Source: Vicugna vicugna | Lineage: Eukaryota | DNA: 64,000 nucleotides | Direction of reading: 5' to 3' | Assembly (NCBI GenBank): GCA_013265495.1 | Contig: MU058636.1 | Location: 372,001 to 436,000, forward strand | Shown: positions 52,471 to 64,000 of the stretch, piece by piece | How the letters are laid out: each line of letters opens with the position of its first letter | Position numbering within the stretch: the first letter of the stretch is position 1 | The notes under the pieces: generated by a model | Told to the model about the DNA's origin: nothing | Databases searched by the model: none | The model's input: only the letters and a program-made list of their open reading frames with translations | Translations under genes and position numbers: made by a program

Positions 52471-53869
52471 GCTTGTCGGCGCTGGTGCCTGATGTGGGGC
52501 ACCCAGTGACTGTGTCGCGTAGGCCTTCAGCACCGTATCCCCGAAGGCTGGAAAAGACAGGAATCTCAGATACCTTGGGCAGAACAGTGGAGGTCAGTCT
52601 TGTAAGCATTCTTGTCTTTTCATGAGATTGTGCCTATTCACCTTTCTTAACTCTGGTTATAGTAAATAAAGCTGTTTTAATCAGGCATTTAAAAACATGT
52701 ATAGCTTCTAAGAGCTGCAGAAGAAGATAAATATTTTAAAGAACACTCAAGTTCTCGTATTTTAGTTTTTACAGGCAAGACCTTCGTCTGAGAAAAATTA
52801 GCTTAAGAATCAACTAATGCTAGAAAGTCATGGAGATGAAAACTGGGTATAAACCAACGTTCTAAGGATTCTGATGATGCTGAAATCATCAGCAGGCTGA
52901 TATCAGACTGCTGCTTAGTTCCTTAAAATACTGGAACTTTCTTCTTGATAGTAATTAGCACTTAATGGGCAGAGTTTCTAGGATAGACGTGTCTCTAAAA
53001 TTGCTGAAATAGATATGCAAGCAAGATTTCAGCTCTGGAGTTTAAACACCTGGGAAGTTGAATTACTGTTCTTCAGGTCAAATGCAGTCTTTTCAAAATA
53101 AGGGCTCAGTGTCACAGCATTTGTCGGGGGAGCGCTGGACCCTGAAAGCAGGAGAATTGTGTTCCGAGGCCGGATCTGCTCCCAGGATGCGTGTGCTCAG
53201 ACAGGGCTCTGGAAGGAGGCTCTGGTCCCGGCCGAGCCGGCTCCCCGAGGGCAGGTGCCTGCTGTGTGTCCCGCTGCATGGTGGAGTGTCTGGTGTGGGC
53301 GTTCATGGCTGGACATCTCAGCAGCCCTCCTTCCAGGCATTTCTGGGCATCGGATTCCTCAGCGTGTCCGGGGCGTGTGAGGTGACATACACGTGTCAAG
53401 TCCACAGCAGCTGCAGGACTAAAGCAGACGACACCCAGGGACACGTGTATTTCATCCTGGGAAGGAACTGGGACAAGGAACTGGAAGCCCCCGGGGCTCC
53501 ATCCCTCACGGCGTGTTTCCTGCCTCCCCACACCGCCGCTTGTGTGACGTTTGCAGCAGTGGGTCTCGAGGAGGCTGTGATTCTCTCACATGTTTGACTG
53601 TTTTGACCCTCGCTGCTTTTTTCTTGAAGGTGAACCTTTCGGATCCCTGACTCTGAGGACTGTACCTCAGGAAGTCACACCCAAAGGTTTTACAGCAGAC
53701 GAGGGAGGCAGAGGTTAGGAAATAGCCTGGAGAGGTTTCAGAGGAGGCCGCAGCTGCCCCTCTGAGTCTGGAGGGTGTGGAACGTGGGGCGGCCGGGGTG
53801 GGCACACGGGGGAGCCAGGGTCCAGCTTGGGGGGTGGAGGACTTCCCAGGAGGTGGAAGATGCAGGAGC

Positions 53870-54313
53870 GTGAGGGGTTGGGTTGTCTCCCAGGATTCTT
53901 ACATTGAAGTCCCAACCCACCCGGTACCTCCGAAAATCACCTTACTTGGCACCAGAGTCGTTCTGATGTCATTAGTTAAATTAGAGGAGGTCAGGAGGAT
54001 GGGCCCCGATCCGGGATGACTTTACATGAAGGGGTCATTTGGACACAGACAAACACACAGGGAGAACCCCCCCTCATGTGAAGGCAGAGATTGGGGTAAG
54101 GCTTTTGCAAGCCAAGGAGGACCCACGCTGGCCAGGAAACCACCAGAAGCAAGGAGAGAGGCCGGGAACAGAGGCTCCCTCACAGCCTCAGAAGGAACCT
54201 GCCAAACCCTTGGTCTAGCCTTCCAGCCTCCGAACTGGGACAGAGTGTTCCTGCTGTCTGCGCCGTCTGGCGCGTGCCCATGGCCCTCACAATGGGAGCC
54301 CGGGGAACTCACA
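53870..54313 (+). mobile_element. MLT1C-like MaLR LTR
   Basis: gtgaaggcagagattgggg...gcaagccaagga...aaaccaccagaagcaaggagagaggcc...ccctcacagcctcagaaggaacc...ttccagcctccgaactg. Confidence 0.85.
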
Positions 54314-55736
54314 CCGGGGAGATGGTACCACAAAGGGGAGACTTTTGCAGGATTCTGGCAGAGTGGGGGACGGTCAGGCCAGGGGAAGGAGGCACAGAGA
54401 AGGAGCTTGAGGGCCTGGAGGAGATGTGGGACCAGCTCCCGGTGTGGGTGGTCACCAGACCTGGGAGCAGAGCTGCACTTTCCCACGTGGAATTTGCCAG
54501 CCACATTTTCCGCTGGGGATGGTGGTGCTGCTTCAGCTCCTGGCAGTCAGCTTGGGAAAGAAACACTAGACAAATGTGTCTTGGGGCGCCGAGCAGCGCC
54601 CCTGAAAGTGCTCTGTGGTGACTAGTTCGCCAGCTTTCAGCAGGTTGATCAATTTCTTCCACTTCACCTGCTGCCCAGTTTGTCTTAACCTCAGCAAGAA
54701 TGCTAATTAGTCGTGAAAACCTATATTGATGAATGAGGTGCAGGCCCTTGAGGAACATGCAAACCGTCAGTTAACAGTTGATTTATTCATTGATGGAATG
54801 TCCTTGGAAAAAGAGTATTCTGGGTTATAAGGAAAGCATTTTGAAGTGTTGTAGGATGTAAGTTAATCCTGTGATCACATCTATGACTTATGAGAGAAAA
54901 AGTGTACACTGTCTTTTAGCGTGGCAGAAACATTTAAAGCCATTAATTACCTTCTACTGTGGATCCAGCTGAGTAGTTTTTATAAACTAACGTCTTCCAA
55001 TATGTACCTTGATCTTGTAGGAGGAAAGAGATGGAAATCCACTGACCCTAAGTATGAATTTTCTTAGACTGTCACCTGATTCTGTCTGGTTTCTCAGTCT
55101 ATACGCTAATATGAATGCAGTCGATTTTGTTTAACCCAAAACCACAGGTAGAAGAATATTTCCCTTTGTTCTCTTCCATACTTGTCCCTTGCCCCTTGCT
55201 CTTTCCTCCCGTGTATGTGTCTGTCACTCTCTGTGTCTACTCCCCGAATATGCAGAGATGCTACAGAGAAATGGAAACTGTATGTGTTTTTGCACATTTC
55301 ACGATTTAGCCCTTTCTAAAGGACCACGATGGACAAAGGGGAGAACTTAACTTGTCTACACATGGCTCCATATTTTGATATTGGGGGATCATTTCAGTTA
55401 CATCCATGTTATTAATAATTAGGAGATAATAGCACCTGATAATTAGATTGAGACTCAAGATGACACTGTGGACCCGAGCTCAGCGATGTCCTTATTATGT
55501 GACCTTGGTTATAAATCTCAAAGCCAATGCAGTGAGAGTGACCCACCTCAGAGAACTTAATAACAAGCTCGTTATGGGGCGTGCTGTGAAATTAACGTGC
55601 CTCCATCCAGAGAGAGACACTGGAGTTTTCCGAATCTTTGCTAATTAGATGCAAGTTGCATTTTCAGAGGAAAAGGATCCTAGATATATTTTCCAAGGAT
55701 ATGGCCCCATGTCCTGCAGATAAGAAAAGGGAAACT

Positions 55737-56130
55737 GTAAGTCAGAGAAAGACAGATACTGTACAGTATCACTTGTATATGGAATCTGAAAAAGCTGAAC
55801 TCAGAAACGGAGGCTAGTCTGGTGGTTGTCGGGGGCTGGGGAGTCGTGGGCAGGGGAGATGTCGGCCAGAGAACACACACTTGCAGTTGTAAGATGACTG
55901 AGCACTGGGGACCTAATGCACAGTGATTACAGCTAATACTACTGAATTACAGACTTGAAAGTTGCTGTTGGTAGATCTTAAACTTTCTCTCCTCAGAAAT
56001 GAAATGGTAATTACGTGACATGATACAGGTGTTAGCTAAGCAGGGTGGTAATTGTTTTACAGTCCATGTACCAAGTCAAAATGTTATCACCTTAATGTTA
56101 TGTATTAATTATATTTCAGTAAAGCTGGGA
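55737..56130 (+). mobile_element. L1MA9-like 3' end
   Basis: gtcagagaaagacagatactgtacagtatcacttgtatatggaatctgaaaaagctgaactc...cttgaaagttgct...tatttcagtaaagctggg. Confidence 0.8.
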
Positions 56131-58101
56131 AGGGAAAGGGAAATTAACACCCTTTGAGAAAACTTCAGTGACTTTATGGTTGTGTCAAGGGGTTGGGTGG
56201 AGTGTGTGGGGGAAGCTAGAGCAGGGACCCACCTGTTGACTGGGCTTCGGAATCTCAGAGATGAGATGGGAGTGTGGATGGTGTGTTTCCTGAGGCTGAT
56301 GACAAGCCGCGTGCACTGTGCTGCAAGCTGATCGATGTCCATGGGAGGGCAGGTCAGATTCACAGGTAACTTACCTTGGTAGCCTGTCTTGTGCCCGGCA
56401 ACCCACACTAGATGCTTGCATTTGATTTGGTACCGTTTTCAGGATCACCTCCTGAGGACTTGGAAGGTCGAAGTCCATCTCTGCTCTGGACTGTATATCC
56501 ACCTGTGACTGAGTGTGACATTTTCCTGTGGCTGGGGATGTGCTGGAGTGCTTGCGTATAGAGTGAAATAGATTCAGGCAGGACATGGTGGATGTGGAGA
56601 TAGGGTGTGACGTACACTGAGTGAAATGAACACTGCGTGAGTGAAGAAAGCCCGAGTATCCATGTCTAAGCTAGTAGAGCTTTTATTGCTTATTCTTTTC
56701 AAAAAGATAATTGTTTTTAAGCAAGCAAACCCCAAACACCTGAGTTCCATCCTCTAGTTCACTTTCCTAGGAACGCAAATTTTCTTGGTGCCAAAAAAAA
56801 TGGTATTTTAGTACAAGAGGAATAGTGGAAGGCTAGGTCTCCCTGGATCGGACAGAATGCTACGCCTGAGGCTAAGCCCCTGCCCCATGTCGTGTTCTCT
56901 CATGTTCTCACCGCACTCTAGGTTCCTTTGGGTGCTGAACTCTCATTCTTCTGCAAGTGAGCCTTGGCAGCGGTGCCATTCAGTACTAAAGAGCCCCCCC
57001 ACCGCTTTTGGAGTAACGCTCTTCAGAAGACACTTCGACTATTGTCATTTTTTCTAGCTGAAATTGGTACTCTCAGGGACAGTCTCAGTGAACTAGTGAT
57101 AAAGCCAGTTCAAGTCTAGGAACCTGAAAACAGACAAAGCCCCAGTGATCACAGGGAAGACCTATTTGGAGTACTCAGGCTGTCTGCAGGATCCCGCACG
57201 GGGAGGTGGGCTTTGAGGCAGGATGGGTGCCACGGCCTGGGTACCTCCCTGGTCGTTTAACGTGGGAGAGGGGCACTCCCACACTGGCAGGTAAAGTTCC
57301 TTGGAGCAAATCTGCCCCAAGACTTTGAATTTGAACTTGGAAGGACTTTAAACAGTCCCTCTGTTTTACATGCAGTGGTCTCTTTTTTAGGAGCATATTT
57401 GAGATGACTTTGTATATTCCAGGTGCTCCAGAGTTTGTGAAATTACATTATAGTTAGAAGAAAGTCAACCCAGGTTGAGGCTACTATGTTCCCTGCTCGT
57501 TTGTTGAGGTCTGAGGATCAGGTACCGAAAGGCAACCTGACCGGCATCTTCTCTGTCCTAGACGGACACCATTTACGCTTCTACAGCGTAACAGTAAACA
57601 GTGGGGCACTTCCCCTCCAGCAGCCAGAGCCTGGCGGTTCCAGCTCAGAGCGTCAGGACAATCGCGTCAAGTCTGAGCTGCACACACAGGTCAGAGCGAA
57701 AGCCCGTTTTCAGCACCAGAGCGAACATCACTGTGGAATAATTCATACGTGTTTCTTAAGTTTCTATTTTGAACATTGTAGTGTCACCTCTAGCTTTTCT
57801 GTCTGTGCTTTCAAAATCCCCCTGTGACTGGAGCATCTTAGATGGGAGGCATTCCATGGCGGGGATCCCATAGTCCGCTGGGGACCAAGTTTGTTCCTCC
57901 ACTTACTCTGTGAAACGAGACCCCTTCTTCCTTGTGTTTCCTGATCTCACCCAAGAGGTTTTCAATTATTTGTTAACAAGGGAGGATGTGACCATCTTTG
58001 AAAAGATTTGCAAGAGCAGTTTTTGGTTCTCTGTACACGTATGGGAAGTCAGGAGCAGGGATGAGCAGAAGGTAGTGTCCATCTCATCTGTAACCTGATT
58101 C

Positions 58102-61100
58102 TTTTTTTTTGTGGGTTTGTCTAAATTTATTTATTTTTTTTAACATTTTTTATTGATTTATAATTATTTTACAATGTTGTGTCAAATTCCAGTGTTCAGT
58201 ACAATTTTTCAGTCATTCATGGACATATACACACTCATTGTCACATTTTTTCCTCTGTGAGTTATCATAACATTTTGTGTATATTTCCCTGTGCTATACA
58301 GTGTAATCTTGTTTATCTATTCTACAATTTTGAAATCCCAGTCTATCCCTTCCCACCCTCCACCCCCCGGTAACCACAAGTCTGTATTCTCTGTCCGTGA
58401 GTCTATTTCTGTCCTGTATTTATGCTTTGTTTTTGTTTGTTTGTTTGTTTTTGTTTTTGTTTTTTAGATTCCACATATGAGCGATCTCATACGGTATTTT
58501 TCTTTCTCTTTCTGGCTTACTTCACTTAGAATGACATTCTCTAGGAGCATCCATGTTGCTGCAAATGGCGTTATGTTGTCAGTTTTTATGGCTGAGTAGT
58601 ATTCCATTGTATAAATATACCACTTCTTCTTTATCCAGTCACCTGTTGATGGACATTTAGGCTGTTTCCATGTTTTGGCTATTGTAAATAGTGCTGCTAT
58701 GAACATTGGAGTGCAGGTGTCATCCTGAAGTAGATTTCCTTCTGGATACAAGCCCAGGAGTGGGATTCCTGGGTCATATGGTAAGTCTATTCCTAGTCTT
58801 TTGAGGAATCTCCACACTGTTTTCCATAGTGGCTGCACCAAACTGCATTCCCACCAGCAGTGTAGGAGGGTTCCCCTTTCTCCACAGCCTCTCCAGCATT
58901 TGTCATTTTTGGATTTTTGAATGACGGCCATTCTGACTGGTGTGAGGTGATACCTCATTGTAGTTTTGATTTGCATTTCTCTGATAATTAGTGATATTGA
59001 GCATTTTTTCATGTGCTTTTTGATCATTTGTATGTCTTCCTTGGAGAATTGCTTGTTTAGGTCTTCTGCCCATTTTTGGATTGGGTTGTTTATTTTTTTC
59101 TTATTGAGTCGTATGAGCTGCTTATATATTTTGGAGATCAAGCCTTTGTCGGTTTCACTTGCAAAAATTTTCTCCCATTCCGTAGGTTTTCTTCTTGTTT
59201 TATTTCTGGTTTCCTTTGCTCTGCAGAAGCTTGTAAGTTTCATTAGGTCCCATTTGTTTATTCTTGCTTTTATTTCTTCTAGGAGAAAATTTTTGAAATG
59301 TATGTCAGATAATGTTTTGCCTATGTTTTCCTCTAGGAGGTTTATTGTATCTTGTCTTATGTTTAAGTCTTTAATCCATTTTGAGTTGATTTTTGTATAT
59401 GGTGTAAGGGTGTGTTCTAGCTTCATTGTTTTACATGCTGCTGTCCAGTTTTCCCAACACCATTTGCTGAAGAGACTGTCTTTATTCCATTGTATATTCT
59501 TGCCTCCTTTGTCGAAGATGAGTTGACCAAAAGTTTGTGGGTTCATTTCTGGGCTCTCTATTCTGTTCCATTGGTCTATATGTCTGTTTTGGTACCAATA
59601 CCATGCTGTCTTGATGACTGTAGCTCTATAGTATTGTCTGAAGTCTGGGAGAGTTATTCCTCCAGCCTCTTTCTTTCTCTTCAGTAATGCTTTAGCAATT
59701 CTAGGTCTTTGATGGTTCCATATAAATTTTATTATGATTTGTTCTAGTTCTGTGAAATATGTCCTGGGTAATTGGATAGGGATTGCATTAAATCTGTAGA
59801 TTGCCTTGGGCAGTGTGACCATTTTAACAATATTGATTCTTCCAATCCAAGAGCATGGAATATCTTTCCATTTTTTAAAGTCTTCTTTAATTTCCTTCAT
59901 CAATGGTTTATAGTTTTCTGTGTATAATTCTTTCACCTCCTTGGTTAGATTTATTCCCAGATATTTTATTACTTTGGGTGCTATTTTAAAGGGGATTGTT
60001 TCTTTACTTTCTTTTTCTGTTGATTTATCGTTAGTGTAAAGAAAGGCAACTGATTTTTGAACATTAATTTTGTAACCTGCTACCTTGCTGAATTCTTCGA
60101 TCAGCTCTAGTAGCTTTTTTGTGGACCTTTTAGGGTTTTCTATATATAGTAACATGTCGTCAGCATATAATGACACTTTTACCTCTTCTTTTCCAATTTG
60201 GATCCCTTTTATTTCTTTCTCTTGCCTGATTGCTGTGGCTAGGACTTCCAGGACTATATTGAATAGGAGTGGTGATAGTGGGCATCCTTGTCTTGTCCCA
60301 GATTTTAGTGGGAAGCTTTTGAGTTTTTCACCGTTGAGAACTATGCTGGCTATAGGTTTGTCATATATAGCTTTTATTATGTTGAGATATGTTCCCTCTA
60401 TACCCACTTTGGCGAGAGTTTTTATCATAAATGGGTGTTGAATTTTATCAAATGCTTTTTCTGCATCGATTGAGATGATCATGTGGTTTTTGTCCTTTCT
60501 CTTGTTGATGTGATGTATTACATTGATTGATTTGCGTATGTTGAACCAGCCTTGTGTCCCTGGGATGAACCCCACTTGGTCATGATGTATAATCTTTTTT
60601 ATGTGTTGTTGGATTCTATTTGCTAAAATTTTGGTGAGGATTTTGGCGTCTATGTTCATCAGTGATATTGGCCTATAATTCTCTTTTTTTGTAGTGTCTT
60701 TGCCTGGTTTTGGTATCAGGGTGATGGTGGCTTCATAGAATGAGTTTGGGAGTATTCCCTCCTTTTCAATCGTCTGGAAGAGTTTGAGAAGGACTGGTAT
60801 GAGTTCTTCTTTGTATGTTTGGTAGAATTCCCCGGTGAAGCCGTCCGGTCCTGGACTTTTATTTGTAGGGAGGTTTTTAATTGCTATTTCTATTTCCTTT
60901 CTAGTGATCGGATTGTTCAAGTGTTCAGTTTCTTCTTGATTCAGTTTTGGTGGACAGTATGTTTCCAGAAACTTGTCCATCTCCTCTAGGTTATCCAGTT
61001 TGGTTCCATATAGTTTTTCATAATATTCTCGTATGATATTCTGTATTTCTATTTTGTTTGTTGTAATTTCTCCATTTTCCTTTCTTATTTTGCTAATTTG

Positions 61101-61227
61101 TGCTCTCTCTTTTTTCTTCTTTGTGAGTTTGGCCAGAGGTTTGTCGATTTTATTTACTTTTTCAAAAAACCAGCTTTTGGTTCGGTTGATTTTTTCTATG
61201 GTCTTGTTAATCTCTGTTGTATTTAAT
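58102..61227 (-). mobile_element. Young 5'-truncated LINE-1 (camelid-type, L1-1_Vpa-like) with ORF2 RT and C-terminal domains, 3'UTR, poly(A) and TSD
   Basis: Open ORF2 frame with [17 protein letters not shown] and CWRGC..HCWWEC. 3'UTR and AATAAA lie near 58148-58153, followed by A-tails. Degenerate TSD gtaacctgattctttt (58090-58105) / gtaacccaattctttt (61229-61244). Confidence 0.97.
58464..61226 (-). pseudogene. L1 ORF2 remnant: 920 uninterrupted codons, lacking the N-terminal endonuclease domain
   Basis: The 947-aa track ORF has 27 N-terminal residues from flanking/TSD DNA starting at a GTG. L1 homology starts at [23 protein letters not shown]. No promoter, ORF1 or EN domain is present. 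Confidence 0.9.
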
Positions 61228-61842
61228 CGTAACCCAATTCTTTTACCCGCTGGTCGCACCCAGGGCTCCGAGCCTGCTAGCACCCGCCTGCCTACCTTTA
61301 GGCCCACGTTTTTCCGGGCTCACATATGTTCAGGAGAGGGACGAGATTGTGGGAAGGTCAGTAGAAGAGCCAGTTTTCAGTTTTGCGTTCCCATGTTTCT
61401 GTGGCCTTTCCACATAAGAATTTAATTTTTTGGCCGAACTAGTAAAGGGCATCGTCGTGTTTCTCATGGACCAGGGGACCTTTGCAGAACGGTCACTGCC
61501 CTTAAGGCTGCTTGTCAAGGAGCCCTTAGGATACAGCAGGGTCTGTGTGAAACGGGAGGTGAGACTCCAGCATGGAAGGGAGTTAGCATGTGGGATGCAC
61601 CCCAAGTGGAGGGAACCCCCTGCAAATGTGTAGCAGGGACCAGAGCAGAGAGCGTGGTGGGATGTGTACTGTGATAGAGTTGAAAGATGCATGCTTTAGG
61701 TGTACTGTGTTCATTGCATCTTAATCCTACAAAGCACACGTCATTGTCCCCATTTTATAGGTTAAGAAGGAGTAATAGTGAGTAGCCCCCAAACGCAGCA
61801 ATATGTTTTAAAGTCATACTGAATTACCTAAGAAATGAGCAA

Positions 61843-62074
61843 TTTTTTTTTTTGCAGGGAGGGGAGGTAACTAGCTTTATTTAGTATTTATTTATTCATA
61901 GAGGAGGTAGTGGGGCTTGAACCCAGGATCTCATGCATGCTAAGCATGCATGTTACCACTTGAGCTGTACCTTCCCCCTTGTTTATTACTATTTTTAGTG
62001 GAGGCACTGGGGATGGGATCCAGGACCTGGCACATGCCAAGCACGTGCTCTACCACTGAGCTATATACCCTCCC
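61843..62074 (-). mobile_element. Head-to-tail dimer of vic-1-like tRNA-derived SINEs
   Basis: Two monomers (about 61990-62074 and 61843-61978), each with A and B boxes. One flanking direct repeat aaatgagcaa at 61833-61842 / 62080-62089. Confidence 0.85.
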
Positions 62075-64000
62075 TGCTAAAATGAGCAAATATTGACTTT
62101 TCCGTAAGCTGACATTTTTTAGCTGGCTTTGTTCAGACATTTCAATTAGATTTGTCTTACCACAGAGGAATTCGTTGGGTCTTTAAAGATGGATTCAGCT
62201 TAATCATTCAGAAAATCTATGAGGGCTAATTACTTGCACATTTGTAGTTCATTCTGATTTAGGAGTTAGTTTGGTTTAAATTCCAGTTTTAAGGGGAAAT
62301 AGCTGTGTCCCGTATCTGTTTTAGCTCTTTGTTTTCAGAAGTGCGGGTGGGTAGCATCGTGCATTGTAAACGGGCTGAATGGTTGGAAAACTTCACTTGC
62401 AGCAGAGCAGTTGTTTTTCCATGAAAGGGGGCGGTGAGATTTCCCCGCACGCTATTTCATGTTGAAGATCTTTCAGCAAACGGACCAGCGTTCTCCCAGA
62501 CCGTTTTGAAGGCTCTTTAGAACTGACCTGGTTTCTGAGCTTGCTCCACATCTGAATTTTCTTAAGCATTTGAAACTTTCTTCTGTTTTAAATGTTCTAT
62601 ATAAACTCTTTGGTTCGACCACGGAATGAAATGTTATGACATTTAAGGGGGAAAAAATCCTATAAGCATTAATCATTGTAAGGTATTTGTTGCTTTTTCG
62701 TTCGACCCCAGCCGGCTCACACCCTGACATACCCTCTCCTGAAGGCTGCGGCTTGCTTGTTTAATTGTTTAGTGCAGAACGTGGTTTGATCTCTTTCTTG
62801 GGCTTTCAGTGCTGGTAAATTAATCAAAAGATGTTCCTGCTCTGCTGGGCACTAGCAGGGGCTTAGATGTTTCTGCTTCAGAGCCTGTTCATCAACTAAA
62901 ATGCTTTTAAGCCCCAAATGGAGAGTAAACAGCATGGCCGTGGTCGCTTTGAGGTGGGCCATTACTTGTGACCCCCTGCCATCTGGGAAGGGGCCTGTTA
63001 GTGTTAGCAGCTCTTCTAGTTTGGGTTAGACCATTTCCAAAATGTCCTTTCTCCTCTTTCTCTTTCAGTGTATTTGGTATTTGTGGAGAGCCACCCCTCC
63101 AGCACCCCCCAACATACATACCACAGGCATCTCCACAGGAAGGCATGGAGGTCAAAATACAGAAGCCCAGTTTGGTTCTATGCCAAGATTTTTAGGAAGT
63201 GTGAAAGCAAAATTCAGTATAGTAATCAGTGTTTGTCATTAGAGGACAGTGAAGCTATAACACCATTTGAGATAATGAGATATAAGAGTGATTTTATCAA
63301 CATGGCATTGTGGGTCCTTAGGGCTTGTTTTCCTTCTGTTAGATAGAAGTTGACACTTTTATCATCACTGGCATGCTGTGTGCCAAGCATTGTGCTAGGT
63401 ACTGACCATACAAAAGAAAATAATCTTTCCCTTTAGGAATTAGGAGACAGACACACAAATGGTCACTTCAGGGTGATGGGGGGAGTGTTCTGACTGAGGG
63501 ATTTTCCAGGGGACGGCAGGGAGATAGAGGAGGGTCGCCGGTCTCAGCTGGTGGGTGAACCAGAGATGGACGAGCATCTGGGCAGCCGTCTCCCACGGAC
63601 CTTGAAACTGGTCTTCAAAATGGATAGAAGTTAGCGGAGGGGAAACGGGGGCCTGGGGAGGTGGGGGAGGAGATTTTGTTGGGGGAGGAGATTTTGTTGG
63701 CGGAAGAAGCGGCGTAGGGATGTGGATGGCTGGGTGGGAGCATGGCCAGCACACGGTTTTGGATGCCCGAGTTGTCAGGGAGGGAGGCAGTGTCTGAGAG
63801 GGGCAGCGTTATGTGGGGGATGGTCAGGAGACTTCTTATTTTTAAAAAAGGGATTTATTGTAATTTAGTATCATGGTCTGAGTTCAGAGAAATAAAGGGA
63901 GATGATGTGTTTGAAATATTAGTTTAAGTTGCAGCCCAAATGCAGAAGAGACTCAAACAAAAGAGAAAATTAAACTAGGGATACACACGAAAACAGGCAA

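Noticed and set aside
52870..52910. C/D box snoRNA (TGATGA...CTGA with a short hairpin)
   Set aside because: Too short, with no terminal stem or recognisable guide; likely chance.
54022..54758. Cluster of 115-199 aa ORFs (similarly 11911-12556, 29004-29519, 53058-53597)
   Set aside because: They overlap LTR or GC-rich intron sequence, occur on both strands and show no recognisable homology.
58464..61307. 947-aa novel fusion gene or autonomous L1
   Set aside because: The N-terminal 27 aa are flank read-through from a GTG; the element lacks 5'UTR, ORF1 and endonuclease.

Overview
Mammalian genomic DNA, most likely a camelid (inferred from vic-1-like tRNA-derived SINEs and the L1 3' ends; not confirmed by a search). 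The window appears to lie entirely inside the P4-ATPase flippase gene ATP8A2 (+ strand). I can find only one coding exon (22890-23062, 173 nt, [10 protein letters not shown]...SCKAVICCR); the rest is intron. The intron holds a CpG island at about 3.6-4.8 kb with promoter-type motifs and + strand splice donors. It also holds many repeats: a 3.1-kb 5'-truncated antisense L1 with an uninterrupted 920-codon ORF2 remnant, many L1 3' fragments, two same-family solo ERV LTRs, MLT1 LTRs, Tigger and MER3 DNA elements, L2/MIR/CR1 fossils, SINEs, microsatellites and a 25-bp G-rich minisatellite. Nearly all short ORFs in the track are spurious. I see no prokaryotic-type system such as CRISPR. The best candidates for something undescribed are an intragenic CpG-island promoter/first exon that could feed the 3' half of ATP8A2, the twin-LTR antisense unit, and a micro 3' transduction on the young L1. 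Repeat family names come from recalled consensus sequences and need RepeatMasker/Dfam confirmation.
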